A stretch of DNA of 53,468 nucleotides, from contig JAKAWO010000001.1 of assembly GCA_021827255.1 (NCBI GenBank), positions 1 to 53,468 of the forward strand, read 5' to 3'. Under the pieces are notes generated by a model. It saw only the letters and a list, made by a program, of their open reading frames with translations. It had not been told where the DNA came from and searched no databases. Of the stretch, positions 17,566-25,893 are shown in pieces. The stretch comes from Acidobacteriota bacterium (GTDB taxonomy: Bacteria; Acidobacteriota; Terriglobia; UBA7540). A program made the position numbers and the translations under genes. Position 1 is the stretch's first letter. Each line of letters opens with the position of its first letter.

Positions 17566-18651
17566 ATGCGCTTGGAAGAATTCGATTACCAGCTTCCTGA
17601 AGAGCTGACCGCACAGCGCCCTCTTGAAGAGCGGGATCGGTCGCGCCTGATGCTGCTCGAACGCGCTCCCGGTCGTATGGAGGATCGAACCTTCCTCGAG
17701 TTGCCGGACCTGCTTCGTCCTGGAGACCTGGTCGTCTTCAACAACACCAAGGTTTTTCCCGCGCGATTGCTCGGCCGGCGGCGCGGCTCGCGCGCCCAGA
17801 AGATCAGCCCGGCGAACCCTGCGGCCCGCGGCTACCTCACCGCCGAGATCGAGTTGCTCTTGACGCGCGAGGAAGGTGGAGGAATTTGGCAGGGCTTGGT
17901 TCATCCGGGACGAAAAGTTCCAGTGGGCGAAAGGCTTGTTTTCGGCGAAGGCGAACTCGAAGCCGAAGTCATTGGGCGGGGAGCGTACGGCGAGCGCCGA
18001 GTAAAGCTGTGGGCGCGCTCGGGGCCGGTCGAAGAGGCAATAGAGCGACTGGGCCACGTGCCTCTGCCACCGTACATCCGCCGGCCGGACGAAGCGAGTG
18101 ACAGCCAAACTTATCAAACGATCTATGCCAAAGCGCCTGGGGCGGTGGCGGCGCCGACGGCGGGACTGCATTTTACCGAGCGGATGCTCAGGCGCCTCGT
18201 CCAGCGCGGCGTTGAAACCACGGAGATCACGCTCCACGCCGGTCTGGGAACCTTTCAGCCAGTCCGCCAAGCGCGCATCGAAAACCACGTCATGGAAGCC
18301 GAGCGGATGGAGGTGAATGAAAGCGCGGCGAGCGCCATCTCTCGCGCTCTCGATGATGGGCGGCGGGTCATCGCCGTCGGAACGACGGTTGTCCGAACGC
18401 TCGAGCACGTCGCCAGCCAGCACGGCGGCCGGATCGAACCGGCGCGCGCGGAGACGCGCCTTTTCATTTATCCCGGCTTCGAGTTTCGCGTTGTTGGCGG
18501 CCTGCTGACCAACTTTCACCTGCCGAAATCAACCTTGCTGATGCTCGTGAGCGCGTTCGCAGGGCGCGAGTTTATCCTGCGCGCTTACCGCCACGCCATC
18601 GAGCGGCGTTACCGCTTTTACAGCTACGGTGATTGCATGCTGATTCTCTAG
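17566..18651 (+). CDS. queA: S-adenosylmethionine:tRNA ribosyltransferase-isomerase
   Basis: MRLEEFDYQLPEELTAQRPLEERDRSRLM, VFNNTKVFPARL, PLPPYI, GAVAAPTAGLHFT, AVGTTVVRTLE and YRFYSYGDCMLI all match QueA. Confidence 0.95.
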   Translation: MRLEEFDYQLPEELTAQRPLEERDRSRLMLLERAPGRMEDRTFLELPDLLRPGDLVVFNNTKVFPARLLGRRRGSRAQKISPANPAARGYLTAEIELLLTREEGGGIWQGLVHPGRKVPVGERLVFGEGELEAEVIGRGAYGERRVKLWARSGPVEEAIERLGHVPLPPYIRRPDEASDSQTYQTIYAKAPGAVAAPTAGLHFTERMLRRLVQRGVETTEITLHAGLGTFQPVRQARIENHVMEAERMEVNESAASAISRALDDGRRVIAVGTTVVRTLEHVASQHGGRIEPARAETRLFIYPGFEFRVVGGLLTNFHLPKSTLLMLVSAFAGREFILRAYRHAIERRYRFYSYGDCMLIL

Positions 18652-18678
18652 CCGCCGCGACGGCATGCGGGGTTCGAT

Positions 18679-19128
18679 TCATAACGTTTTCAGGAAGGCG
18701 TATTGCGTCTTGATTCTGCGGTAGCCTCGCTTCTGATAGAAAGCGTGCGCCGCCTTGCGGACGACGTTCGAGCGGAGATACACCGAGCGCAAGCCCTTTT
18801 GCGTCGCCCATCTCTCGGCGCGCTCGAGCAGCAGTTGGCCGGCGCCTCGACCGCGAAACCCTTCTCCGACTACCAAGCCGCCAATTTCCGCTCGCCACTC
18901 GCTTTCGAGCACCCGATGAATGAAGGTGTGAATCCAGCCGGCGACCCTTCCGTCGGGGACCTCGGCAACGTAAACGGCGTGGTCGCCGCTCTTCAGAAGG
19001 AGCCGCAGCCGGCGGCGGATAGCCTGAAAGTCAGCCGGATAGCCCAGCTCCCCCGATAATTCAGCCAGGCGGCTGGCGTCCTGAAGGCGCGCTCGCCGCA
19101 CTCCGACTTTAAGTTGTTGCTCGATCAT
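18679..19128 (-). CDS. GNAT family N-acetyltransferase
   Basis: Acetyl-CoA binding motif A: VGEGFRGRGAGQLLLERAERWA...AHAFYQKRGY. Confidence 0.8.
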   Translation of the reverse strand: MIEQQLKVGVRRARLQDASRLAELSGELGYPADFQAIRRRLRLLLKSGDHAVYVAEVPDGRVAGWIHTFIHRVLESEWRAEIGGLVVGEGFRGRGAGQLLLERAERWATQKGLRSVYLRSNVVRKAAHAFYQKRGYRRIKTQYAFLKTL

Positions 19129-19163
19129 CTTGTGTCCCCCACTTCGCCGGCGTAACGGCGAAC

Positions 19164-20597
19164 CTACCAATGGACCCGCACACGATATGTAAGAATGGAC
19201 TGCGCGTTGGCGGCAACGGGGACCTCAAACCGGACGGAAAAAGCCGATGTCTTCTGGTACTTGAAGTTCGATTCGAGCATCGTCCACTCGCCGCCGATGG
19301 GCTCGTTGACTTCTACGGTGAGGGGCTGAGGTTTGTGATTACGGATAGTAATCTCAAAGGCGACCTCCGAACTCGTCGGCCCGAGCGACTGGTAGGCGGT
19401 CTGCCTGCGGGTGGCGACCACGTCAAAAGCATTACCTACGTCGAGGTCGAGCATCTCGTCCTTGGGCGTGTGACGGATTTGGTCTTCGCCAAGGAATTCG
19501 GGCCTGCCTTGCGAATCGTTTTCATAAACGCGGATTGTCCCAGCCGGCATCGGGATGCCGAGGGAATTGGCGCGGCTGTTCTTGAAGCGAATGTGCATCT
19601 CGACCGGCTCGTTCATCGGAGCGCCGGGTTGGAGCGGCGCGCGGTAATAGTACGATTGGCCGTTCAGCTCAAAAGTTTTAACAAAGCGCACATTCGCCGA
19701 ATCGAGCAATCCGATTTGCAGGCTGGAGTGGTTGATGAGCGTGGCGCGGCGTTGCAGGGTGTAAAGGTGATACTCGGAAAACGGCTGCTGCTCAAATTGA
19801 GGCGCTACTTTCGCCATCGCGAATTGAGGCATCGGGGTTCGCATTACGGCGCGATGGACCTCGCCCGCCACAAGTTGCAGCCGCGCCGCGGTGAAGGTCG
19901 CCCCACTATCATTGCTGATGTCAGCCCAACCGTTCAGAGCGCCCGTCGCCCCATTCGTGGCGATCGCGAAGATGTAATCCGCCTTCCAGTTCATGCCGCT
20001 CGTCAAGTAGGTGGTCTCAACGGTCTGGGGGGAGGCATCGTGGCTGGAAACGAGGCAAAGCAGCGTAGGACGCGCATAAAGATTTCCCGGTATGCGGGGA
20101 AAGATATAGTGATCGGCCGTCAAGCCGGTGACGATCTGTGTCCCCACCTGCCAGACGGGCCCGCTGTTGTCCGCGAGCAGGGTCGCTTGGACGCGGACAT
20201 CTTTTGTTGATCCGTTCACCGTCATGCGGCGCACCAGCGTCACTTGCTTGCCGACATATTTCTTGAGCAGGGTTTCGGGGGTGAGAAGATCGTAGCGGTA
20301 ACCCTGCTGGAGGACCCGGAAAGCGCTTGGGTCGCTCAGGGAGACCATGTGGACGGTCGCGGGATTGACCTGCGCGGCAAGACCTTCGAAGCGCAATTCT
20401 GTGGTGCCGACCGGCAGCCGCAGGCGTCTCACGTCGCGCACCAGCGCGAGGTTGGAGTTATAGACCGTCACCTCCAAGTTTCGACGGTCTTTCCCGGTGG
20501 AAGTGACAACGCTTTGTGACCGCAAAGGAGCGCCATTGAAAAGAGCGGCTAGAACGATAGCCCCTGCCATCCGAACGGTGTTATCAAAGCCGGTCAT
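19164..20597 (-). CDS. DUF4139 (MuiA-like) domain protein, secreted
   Basis: A signal-like N-terminus is followed by VTVYNSNLALVRDVRRLRLPVGTTELRFEGLAAQVNPATVHMVSL, the pattern typical of DUF4140/DUF4139 proteins. The protein is long and beta-rich. Confidence 0.7.
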   Translation of the reverse strand: MTGFDNTVRMAGAIVLAALFNGAPLRSQSVVTSTGKDRRNLEVTVYNSNLALVRDVRRLRLPVGTTELRFEGLAAQVNPATVHMVSLSDPSAFRVLQQGYRYDLLTPETLLKKYVGKQVTLVRRMTVNGSTKDVRVQATLLADNSGPVWQVGTQIVTGLTADHYIFPRIPGNLYARPTLLCLVSSHDASPQTVETTYLTSGMNWKADYIFAIATNGATGALNGWADISNDSGATFTAARLQLVAGEVHRAVMRTPMPQFAMAKVAPQFEQQPFSEYHLYTLQRRATLINHSSLQIGLLDSANVRFVKTFELNGQSYYYRAPLQPGAPMNEPVEMHIRFKNSRANSLGIPMPAGTIRVYENDSQGRPEFLGEDQIRHTPKDEMLDLDVGNAFDVVATRRQTAYQSLGPTSSEVAFEITIRNHKPQPLTVEVNEPIGGEWTMLESNFKYQKTSAFSVRFEVPVAANAQSILTYRVRVHW

Positions 20598-20828
20598 AAT
20601 TCACCCTCCTGTTCCAACGATTTCTTTTGAGCCGCTGGAACGTACCTTCTCTGCCATTGTGCAAGGTGGAAGGGCAGGCTGCAAACAGAGATTTTGCCCG
20701 GCTGAGACGGCGCCGTTAGCGATGGATCAAAGCCTTGATTCGCGCTGGCCGTCGGCCGAGCGCCGCGAGGCGACGAGCTCTTGCCTGGAACATCGGTGGG
20801 TCAGCACAGCGCGACCGAACGAAAGGTC

Positions 20829-21515
20829 TCAATGGAATTCCGGAGCGATTTTATCGAGGTTCACCTCGGCAAAGCCGCGGAAAACCCAGTCAGCTTTTGA
20901 AAGCTCCTCCGGAGGGCGGGTGTGCGCGAGGGCCAAGCACGGGATGCCGGCTTTATGGGCGGCCAGAATTCCGCCGGGAGCGTCTTCGATCGCCAGGCAT
21001 TCGGAGGCCCTCAGCTTTTTGGGATCGAATTCAGGAAGCTGTTCGAGCGCGGCCAGCGTTTTCAGGAAAACTTCCGGATCGGGCTTGGAACGCTGGCAAT
21101 CCTCGGCGGTGACAACGACCTTGAAGGCTGACCGCAACCCGATCTTGCCGAGAAGGTGCTCGATCTCGCTGCGCAGGCTGCCACTGGCAATAGCGAGCGG
21201 ATAAAGCTGAGCGGCTTGACGAACAAACTCAACGGCGCCGGGAAATACAGGCAGACCTTCCTGGATGATCTCCTGGTAAGCGCGGCTCTTCCAGGCCAGC
21301 AATTCGTCCCGGCGCGCGGGGTCCAAAGGCCGGCCATGAGTTTGGTACAAATTTTCGACGATGCCACGGTCGTCGAGCGCCAAATAATCCCGATAGTACT
21401 CCTCCGGCGTTACGGTCCAGCCCTCCTCGGCGGCCATCTGCTGCGTGAGTTGCAGAATGACCGGCTCAGAATCCACCAACACGCCGTCGAAGTCGAAGAT
21501 GATGGCGCGAAGCAA
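20829..21515 (-). CDS. HAD-IA family hydrolase (beta-phosphoglucomutase/phosphatase-like)
   Basis: Motif I is AIIFDFDGVLVDSEP; motifs II-IV are IASGS, K..PDPEVF and IEDAPGGILAAHKAGI. I propose a TTG start at 21515, 6 nt after GGAGGGA. The track's 58-aa upstream extension has no HAD counterpart. Confidence 0.8.
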   Translation of the reverse strand: MLRAIIFDFDGVLVDSEPVILQLTQQMAAEEGWTVTPEEYYRDYLALDDRGIVENLYQTHGRPLDPARRDELLAWKSRAYQEIIQEGLPVFPGAVEFVRQAAQLYPLAIASGSLRSEIEHLLGKIGLRSAFKVVVTAEDCQRSKPDPEVFLKTLAALEQLPEFDPKKLRASECLAIEDAPGGILAAHKAGIPCLALAHTRPPEELSKADWVFRGFAEVNLDKIAPEFH

Positions 21516-21730
21516 ACGCGATCCCTCCGTTGCCGCCTTTGGGCCAGCGCGGAAGCTGTCCGCTTCGCCCGGCGACGAAAGCAAAGGAGCGGTATGATAC
21601 ACTTTGAAGCTGAGGCATTCAAGGATGGGCGCCTTGAGAAACGCCTGTTCTGGCCTGAATTTGCGGGCCGTGGCGGCGTTTTCGCGCATCTAACGTGAGG
21701 TGAGCGGCCAAGACGGCGCCCAAAGTCTTC

Positions 21731-22456
21731 ATGACTCATCAACTGGGCATTCCGATTGCTTTCGTGGCGGGCGTGGTTTCGTTTTTATCGCCGTGCGTGT
21801 TGCCGCTGATTCCTGGATACATTTCCATGCTTTCCGGCGCCTCGATGGAGGAGCTGAAGGCCGGTGGCGGAGCGGACCTGGCAGGGCGAATCTTTGGCAA
21901 TTCGATTGCTTTTGTTCTCGGCTTCTCAATGGTTTTCATCGCGCTAGGAGCTTCGGCGACGGCGATTGGCCGGTTCTTGCTGGCGGAGCACAGTCTTTTC
22001 AACATCATCGCTGGCATTATCATTATAGTTTTTGGCTTGCATCTGACCGGGATCATCAAGATTCCCCTGCTGTATCGCGAATCGCGCGTGAATGCGGGCG
22101 CGCCGCGGCGCGGGGTGGCGGGATCGTTCGTTTTGGGCTTCGCGTTCGCCTTCGGCTGGACGCCGTGTATCGGACCGATCTTGACGGCCATACTGGCGCT
22201 TGCGGCTATCCGCCACACGGTCTTCCAGGGGATGTTCCTGCTGGCGGTTTACTCCGCAGGGCTGGCGATCCCATTTCTTCTGACAGGGATCGGACTCGGA
22301 CAGTTCATCAAATTCTATGCGCGGTTTCGCAAACACTTGCAGGTGGTTGAAGTGGCCTCCGGCGTGCTGCTGATTCTCATTGGAGTGCTGATGGCCTTCA
22401 ACAAATTCACAATTCTTTCAGGGTACCTTTCTTTCTTGAATCGGTTTACGCTGTAA
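21731..22456 (+). CDS. ccdA: Cytochrome c biogenesis / thiol-reductant transfer membrane protein CcdA (DsbD beta-domain family)
   Basis: FVAGVVSFLSPCVLPLIPGYISMLSG and FAFGWTPCIGPILTAIL contain the two conserved Cys-Pro motifs. Six TM segments. Confidence 0.87.
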   Translation: MTHQLGIPIAFVAGVVSFLSPCVLPLIPGYISMLSGASMEELKAGGGADLAGRIFGNSIAFVLGFSMVFIALGASATAIGRFLLAEHSLFNIIAGIIIIVFGLHLTGIIKIPLLYRESRVNAGAPRRGVAGSFVLGFAFAFGWTPCIGPILTAILALAAIRHTVFQGMFLLAVYSAGLAIPFLLTGIGLGQFIKFYARFRKHLQVVEVASGVLLILIGVLMAFNKFTILSGYLSFLNRFTL

Positions 22457-22625
22457 GAGGAAGGAGAGTTTGCGATCCGAGGACGAGTCCGCGAAGCGCG
22501 CTCGAAGGTGAGGATCAAAGCCAGGCGTTCCAGGGCCGGCGGCATGGGTTTTGGGACTGCGGCCATTGGCAGCGTGGGGCGGATTGACTGATTCGTGAGG
22601 GCGTCCTCCGTATGGAGGCGAGAAA

Positions 22626-23519
22626 ATGCGTCCTATCTTATTTCAAATCGGTTCGTTTCGGCTCCCCACTTACGGCCCCATCCTCGCGCTGGCGCTGGTG
22701 GCGGCACTTTACACGGTGGTGAGGCTGGGGCGGCGGGAGGGACTGGATACCGGGATATTAGTGGATTTCAGCACGTGGGTCATCATCGCCGCCTTGATTG
22801 GCGCGAAAATCCTGATGATTGTGACCGACTGGACTTACTACGGCTATAAAAACCATCCGGCAAGGATTTTTTCCCTCTCCACGCTCCAGGCAGGCGGAGT
22901 GTTCTACGGCGGCCTGATCGGGGCGATTCTCTTTGCCATTGTGTATATCCGTGTTCAAAAGCTGCCGGCGCGAAAGCTGTTTGATGTGTGCGCGCCGGCG
23001 GTGGTGCTCGGCCAGGCCATCGGCCGGTGGGGGTGCTTCGCCGCCGGAGACGATTACGGCACGCCCACTCACTCCTTCCTGGGCGTCATTTTCACCAATC
23101 CTTACGCGCATCAGCTTTCGGGCACCCCGCTGGGCGTGCGGCTCTGGCCGGTGCAGTTGATTGAGTCCGCCGCGTGCTTTGCCATCTTCGGCTTTCTGAT
23201 TTGGAGGTACGGGCACAAACGAAGGGACGGCGAGATTTTCCTCCTCTACATCGTGCTTTACGCCGTGGTTCGTTTCCTGGACGAGTTCATCCGAGGGGAT
23301 CCGGATCGCGGGTTTGTTTTTCATCATCTGCTCTCGACGTCTCAATTCATCGCGTTGCTGGCGCTGGCAGCGGCGCCGGTTCTGGCGTGGCGATGGTTCC
23401 GAGGTCCGCAGGCGGTTATCGTTGAGGCTCCCGCAGCCGGGAGCGTTTCGCTCACGGGTCCCAAGCCCCGAGCGTCCGAGAGCGTGGCCAGCCCGGCGGG
23501 CATCGAGCGGCGGCGGTAA
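22626..23519 (+). CDS. lgt: Prolipoprotein diacylglyceryl transferase
   Basis: MRPILFQIGSFRLPTYGPILALA, YGGLIG and GQAIGRWGCFAAGDDYGTPT are Lgt signature blocks. Confidence 0.9.
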   Translation: MRPILFQIGSFRLPTYGPILALALVAALYTVVRLGRREGLDTGILVDFSTWVIIAALIGAKILMIVTDWTYYGYKNHPARIFSLSTLQAGGVFYGGLIGAILFAIVYIRVQKLPARKLFDVCAPAVVLGQAIGRWGCFAAGDDYGTPTHSFLGVIFTNPYAHQLSGTPLGVRLWPVQLIESAACFAIFGFLIWRYGHKRRDGEIFLLYIVLYAVVRFLDEFIRGDPDRGFVFHHLLSTSQFIALLALAAAPVLAWRWFRGPQAVIVEAPAAGSVSLTGPKPRASESVASPAGIERRR

Positions 23520-23541
23520 TCTTCCCAGCAAGGAGCGCCTT

Positions 23542-24390
23542 GTGAAGAGTAAAAGAGTAATTTTAGGGATCGTGCTCGGCGTCATTGTGGTGGGCGCCCT
23601 ATACTTGATCAACCGGTTCTGGATCGCTCCAGCAACGACTCTCTCAAGCGCTCGAGCGACGACCCTCTCAGCCAAAGGCGACAGTTCGCACCCCCTGGCG
23701 CCTGAATTCTCGTTGACCTCGCTCAGCGGCCAGACGATTGACTTGAAGGATTACCGCGGCAAGGTCGTCTTGCTGGACTTCTGGGCGACTTGGTGCGGCC
23801 CCTGCCGGATCGAAATCCCTGAATTTGTGGATTTAGAGAGGAAGTATGCGTCCCAAGGCCTCCGAATCATCGGCATCTCAATGGATGACAGTCCGGATCC
23901 CGTCCGGCAGTTTTATCAGCAGTTCAACATGGATTATCCGGTGGTCATGGGAAGCGACAAGGTCGGCGAGCTGTACGGCGGCATCTTCGGGCTTCCGACC
24001 AGTTTTTTGATTGGGCGTGATGGCCGAATCTACGCCAAACACGTTGGGCTCACCGGTGAGCGGACCTTCGTGCGCGAGATTCAGGAATTGCTGGCGGCTG
24101 GACCCAACCAGATGGCAGCAAACTTTGTGGCCGCGGGCGGCGGACCCGGCTCGGACGACATCAACGTGGAAACTCCGGCGGAGGCGAACTCTCCCGTTCC
24201 GGGCGTGGACGTTTCCAAGCTGACCCCGGCGCAGCTGACCGAGTATAAACAAATGCTCTCCTCCGAACATTGCTCCTGCGGGTGCGGTTATACCGTGCTG
24301 CAGTGCCGGCAAGTAGATGGCAGTTGCGAGACAAGCCTGAAGATGGCCCGGGCTGCGCTGGCAAAATTGTTGCGGAAAAATACCATCTAG
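23542..24390 (+). CDS. Membrane-anchored TlpA/ResA-like thiol:disulfide oxidoreductase with a C-terminal Cys-rich extension
   Basis: GTG start at 23542 after AAGGAG. The TM anchor is ILGIVLGVIVVGALYLI and the thioredoxin fold carries the active site DFWATWCGPCRIEIPEF. An extra tail of about 70 aa contains HCSCGCGYTVLQCRQVDGSC. Confidence 0.85.
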   Translation: MKSKRVILGIVLGVIVVGALYLINRFWIAPATTLSSARATTLSAKGDSSHPLAPEFSLTSLSGQTIDLKDYRGKVVLLDFWATWCGPCRIEIPEFVDLERKYASQGLRIIGISMDDSPDPVRQFYQQFNMDYPVVMGSDKVGELYGGIFGLPTSFLIGRDGRIYAKHVGLTGERTFVREIQELLAAGPNQMAANFVAAGGGPGSDDINVETPAEANSPVPGVDVSKLTPAQLTEYKQMLSSEHCSCGCGYTVLQCRQVDGSCETSLKMARAALAKLLRKNTI

Positions 24391-24444
24391 CTTGCGATGG
24401 GGCGCGCGAAATAGACCCCGGACCCGAAACGAAGATCGCCTCAC

Positions 24445-25005
24445 ATGCAAATCATCGGATCGCGGTTTGCAAGACGAGTGATGCCGGCGCTGGCGCTAGC
24501 TTGCGTGGCGGGGGTGAGCGCTTATGCGCAAAAACCGCCGAGCGTCGTCAAGGCTCGGCTGGTGCTGGCGACCCAAGGCGCGCATTCGTCCTCCGTGGCC
24601 AAGGCAGCCGTCGTGGGGCAGATTCGCGCCGGTTATCACATCAATGCCCTTCACCCATCGCTCGATTATCTGATTCCAACCGAAGTTCAGTTGAACCGGT
24701 CAGCGGGCGTGACGGTTGAAAGAGTAATTTATCCTCCCGGCCGGCCGGTGCGTTTCGCCTTTTTGAAGACGCCTCTCGCGGTTTACGAAGGCGAAGTCCT
24801 GATCGGTCTGGTCTTGAAGCTGGGACGGGCGGACGCATCGTCCGTCATTCCGCTGCGAGGCAAGCTGAGTTATCAAGCGTGTAACGACCACGCGTGCTTC
24901 GCGCCCACCAGCATTCCTCTGAGGCTCGTGGTGCCGATTTTGCCTGCTAGCGTTCCACTCCAGTCCGCCCACGCCGCGATTTTTTCCAAAATCAGATTTA
25001 ACTAG
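24445..25005 (+). CDS. Secreted DsbD N-terminal (alpha) domain-like protein
   Basis: Signal peptide RRVMPALALACVAGVSAYAQ and an Ig-like beta pattern. The conserved loop LSYQACNDHACFAPT corresponds to the YQGC....C.PP Cys pair of DsbD-alpha. Confidence 0.7.
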   Translation: MQIIGSRFARRVMPALALACVAGVSAYAQKPPSVVKARLVLATQGAHSSSVAKAAVVGQIRAGYHINALHPSLDYLIPTEVQLNRSAGVTVERVIYPPGRPVRFAFLKTPLAVYEGEVLIGLVLKLGRADASSVIPLRGKLSYQACNDHACFAPTSIPLRLVVPILPASVPLQSAHAAIFSKIRFN

Positions 25006-25076
25006 CGCGGAAAAACGAACCGCATGCGCGCGGTGAAATTGGAATCAGCGTGGCGCGGCGGTGACGCGCGGGAGTT

Positions 25077-25736
25077 TTGCCTTATAAGGCGGCTTTCGCT
25101 AACATGGGATGGGAAGACTCATTCATGGGGCCGCCGGGAGTTGATGCCAAGCCGGGCTCGCGAGTCCAAGTGGGGGTGGTGTCAGACACTCACGGCTATT
25201 TGGATCCGCGGCTCCCGCCGGCGCTGGCGGGCGTGAGCGTGATCTTGCACGCCGGAGACGTAGGCTCTGAGGATGTTCTCGATAACCTCCGCCGGATCGC
25301 GCCGGTCCACGCGATACGAGGCAACGTGGATGGGCCGGAGCTTTCACTCCCCCTGTCGGCTGAATTCAAGCTGGCCGGCTGCCGGATCGAGATGGTGCAT
25401 ATCTTGCCGTTCTCGCAATCGGAACTCGAGGCGTTGGGACAAGAGAGCCCGAGCGCCGGCGGATTGACGGCGCGCGCTGAAAAATGGCTCAACGCCTTCA
25501 AATCGGAAACGGGCCTTGTCATCTTCGGGCACACGCATTCGCCCTGCCAGGTGAGGCTGGGGCGCTGCCTGTTTTTCAATCCTGGCGCCGCGGGCAAAAA
25601 GCGCTTCGCGCTCCCACGCTCCTGTGGCGTTCTAGAAATCAGCGACGGTGAAATAAGCGCACGCCTGATTTCGCTTGAACCCGGTAGCGGGCTGAGGGGT
25701 GGCAAAACACCCACCAAGGCTGAGGTTTTCGAATGA
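25077..25736 (+). CDS. YfcE/MJ0936-type metallophosphoesterase
   Basis: GVVSDTHG, HAGDVGS, IRGNVDG and VIFGHTHSP are the calcineurin-like phosphoesterase metal-binding motifs. The start is uncertain (25077, 25104 or 25125). Confidence 0.8.
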   Translation: MPYKAAFANMGWEDSFMGPPGVDAKPGSRVQVGVVSDTHGYLDPRLPPALAGVSVILHAGDVGSEDVLDNLRRIAPVHAIRGNVDGPELSLPLSAEFKLAGCRIEMVHILPFSQSELEALGQESPSAGGLTARAEKWLNAFKSETGLVIFGHTHSPCQVRLGRCLFFNPGAAGKKRFALPRSCGVLEISDGEISARLISLEPGSGLRGGKTPTKAEVFE

Positions 25737-25846
25737 TCCTGAATCTGAAAAACGTAAAACGCGCCCTGAAGATCACACTGACGGTCTTGGCGCTGGCCAT
25801 TGTGGTGATCGAAAAAGTCGAGGAATGGACGGGGAAGCAGATTTAG
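25733..25846 (+). CDS. Candidate 37-aa single-TM small protein, below the ORF-track length cutoff
   Basis: Its ATG overlaps the TGA of the phosphoesterase gene (ATGA at 25733-25736). The translation is MILNLKNVKRALKITLTVLALAIVVIEKVEEWTGKQI, with one clear hydrophobic helix. There is no other support. Confidence 0.25.
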   Translation: MILNLKNVKRALKITLTVLALAIVVIEKVEEWTGKQI

Positions 25847-25893
25847 CCGGCTCGACAGCTCCGCGCCGGGTCGCTGCACGGCGTCTCTTGGTG

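Noticed and set aside
18661-18690. tRNA-like T-loop string GGGGTTCGATTC
   Set aside because: There are no complementary T-stem, acceptor or anticodon arms around it. It sits in the 27-nt gap and the 3' end of the GNAT gene.
20829-21689. Full 286-aa version of the HAD hydrolase ORF
   Set aside because: HAD motif I normally lies within the first roughly 10-15 residues, and an internal TTG with GGAGGGA gives a standard 228-aa protein. The long form remains possible but is unsupported.
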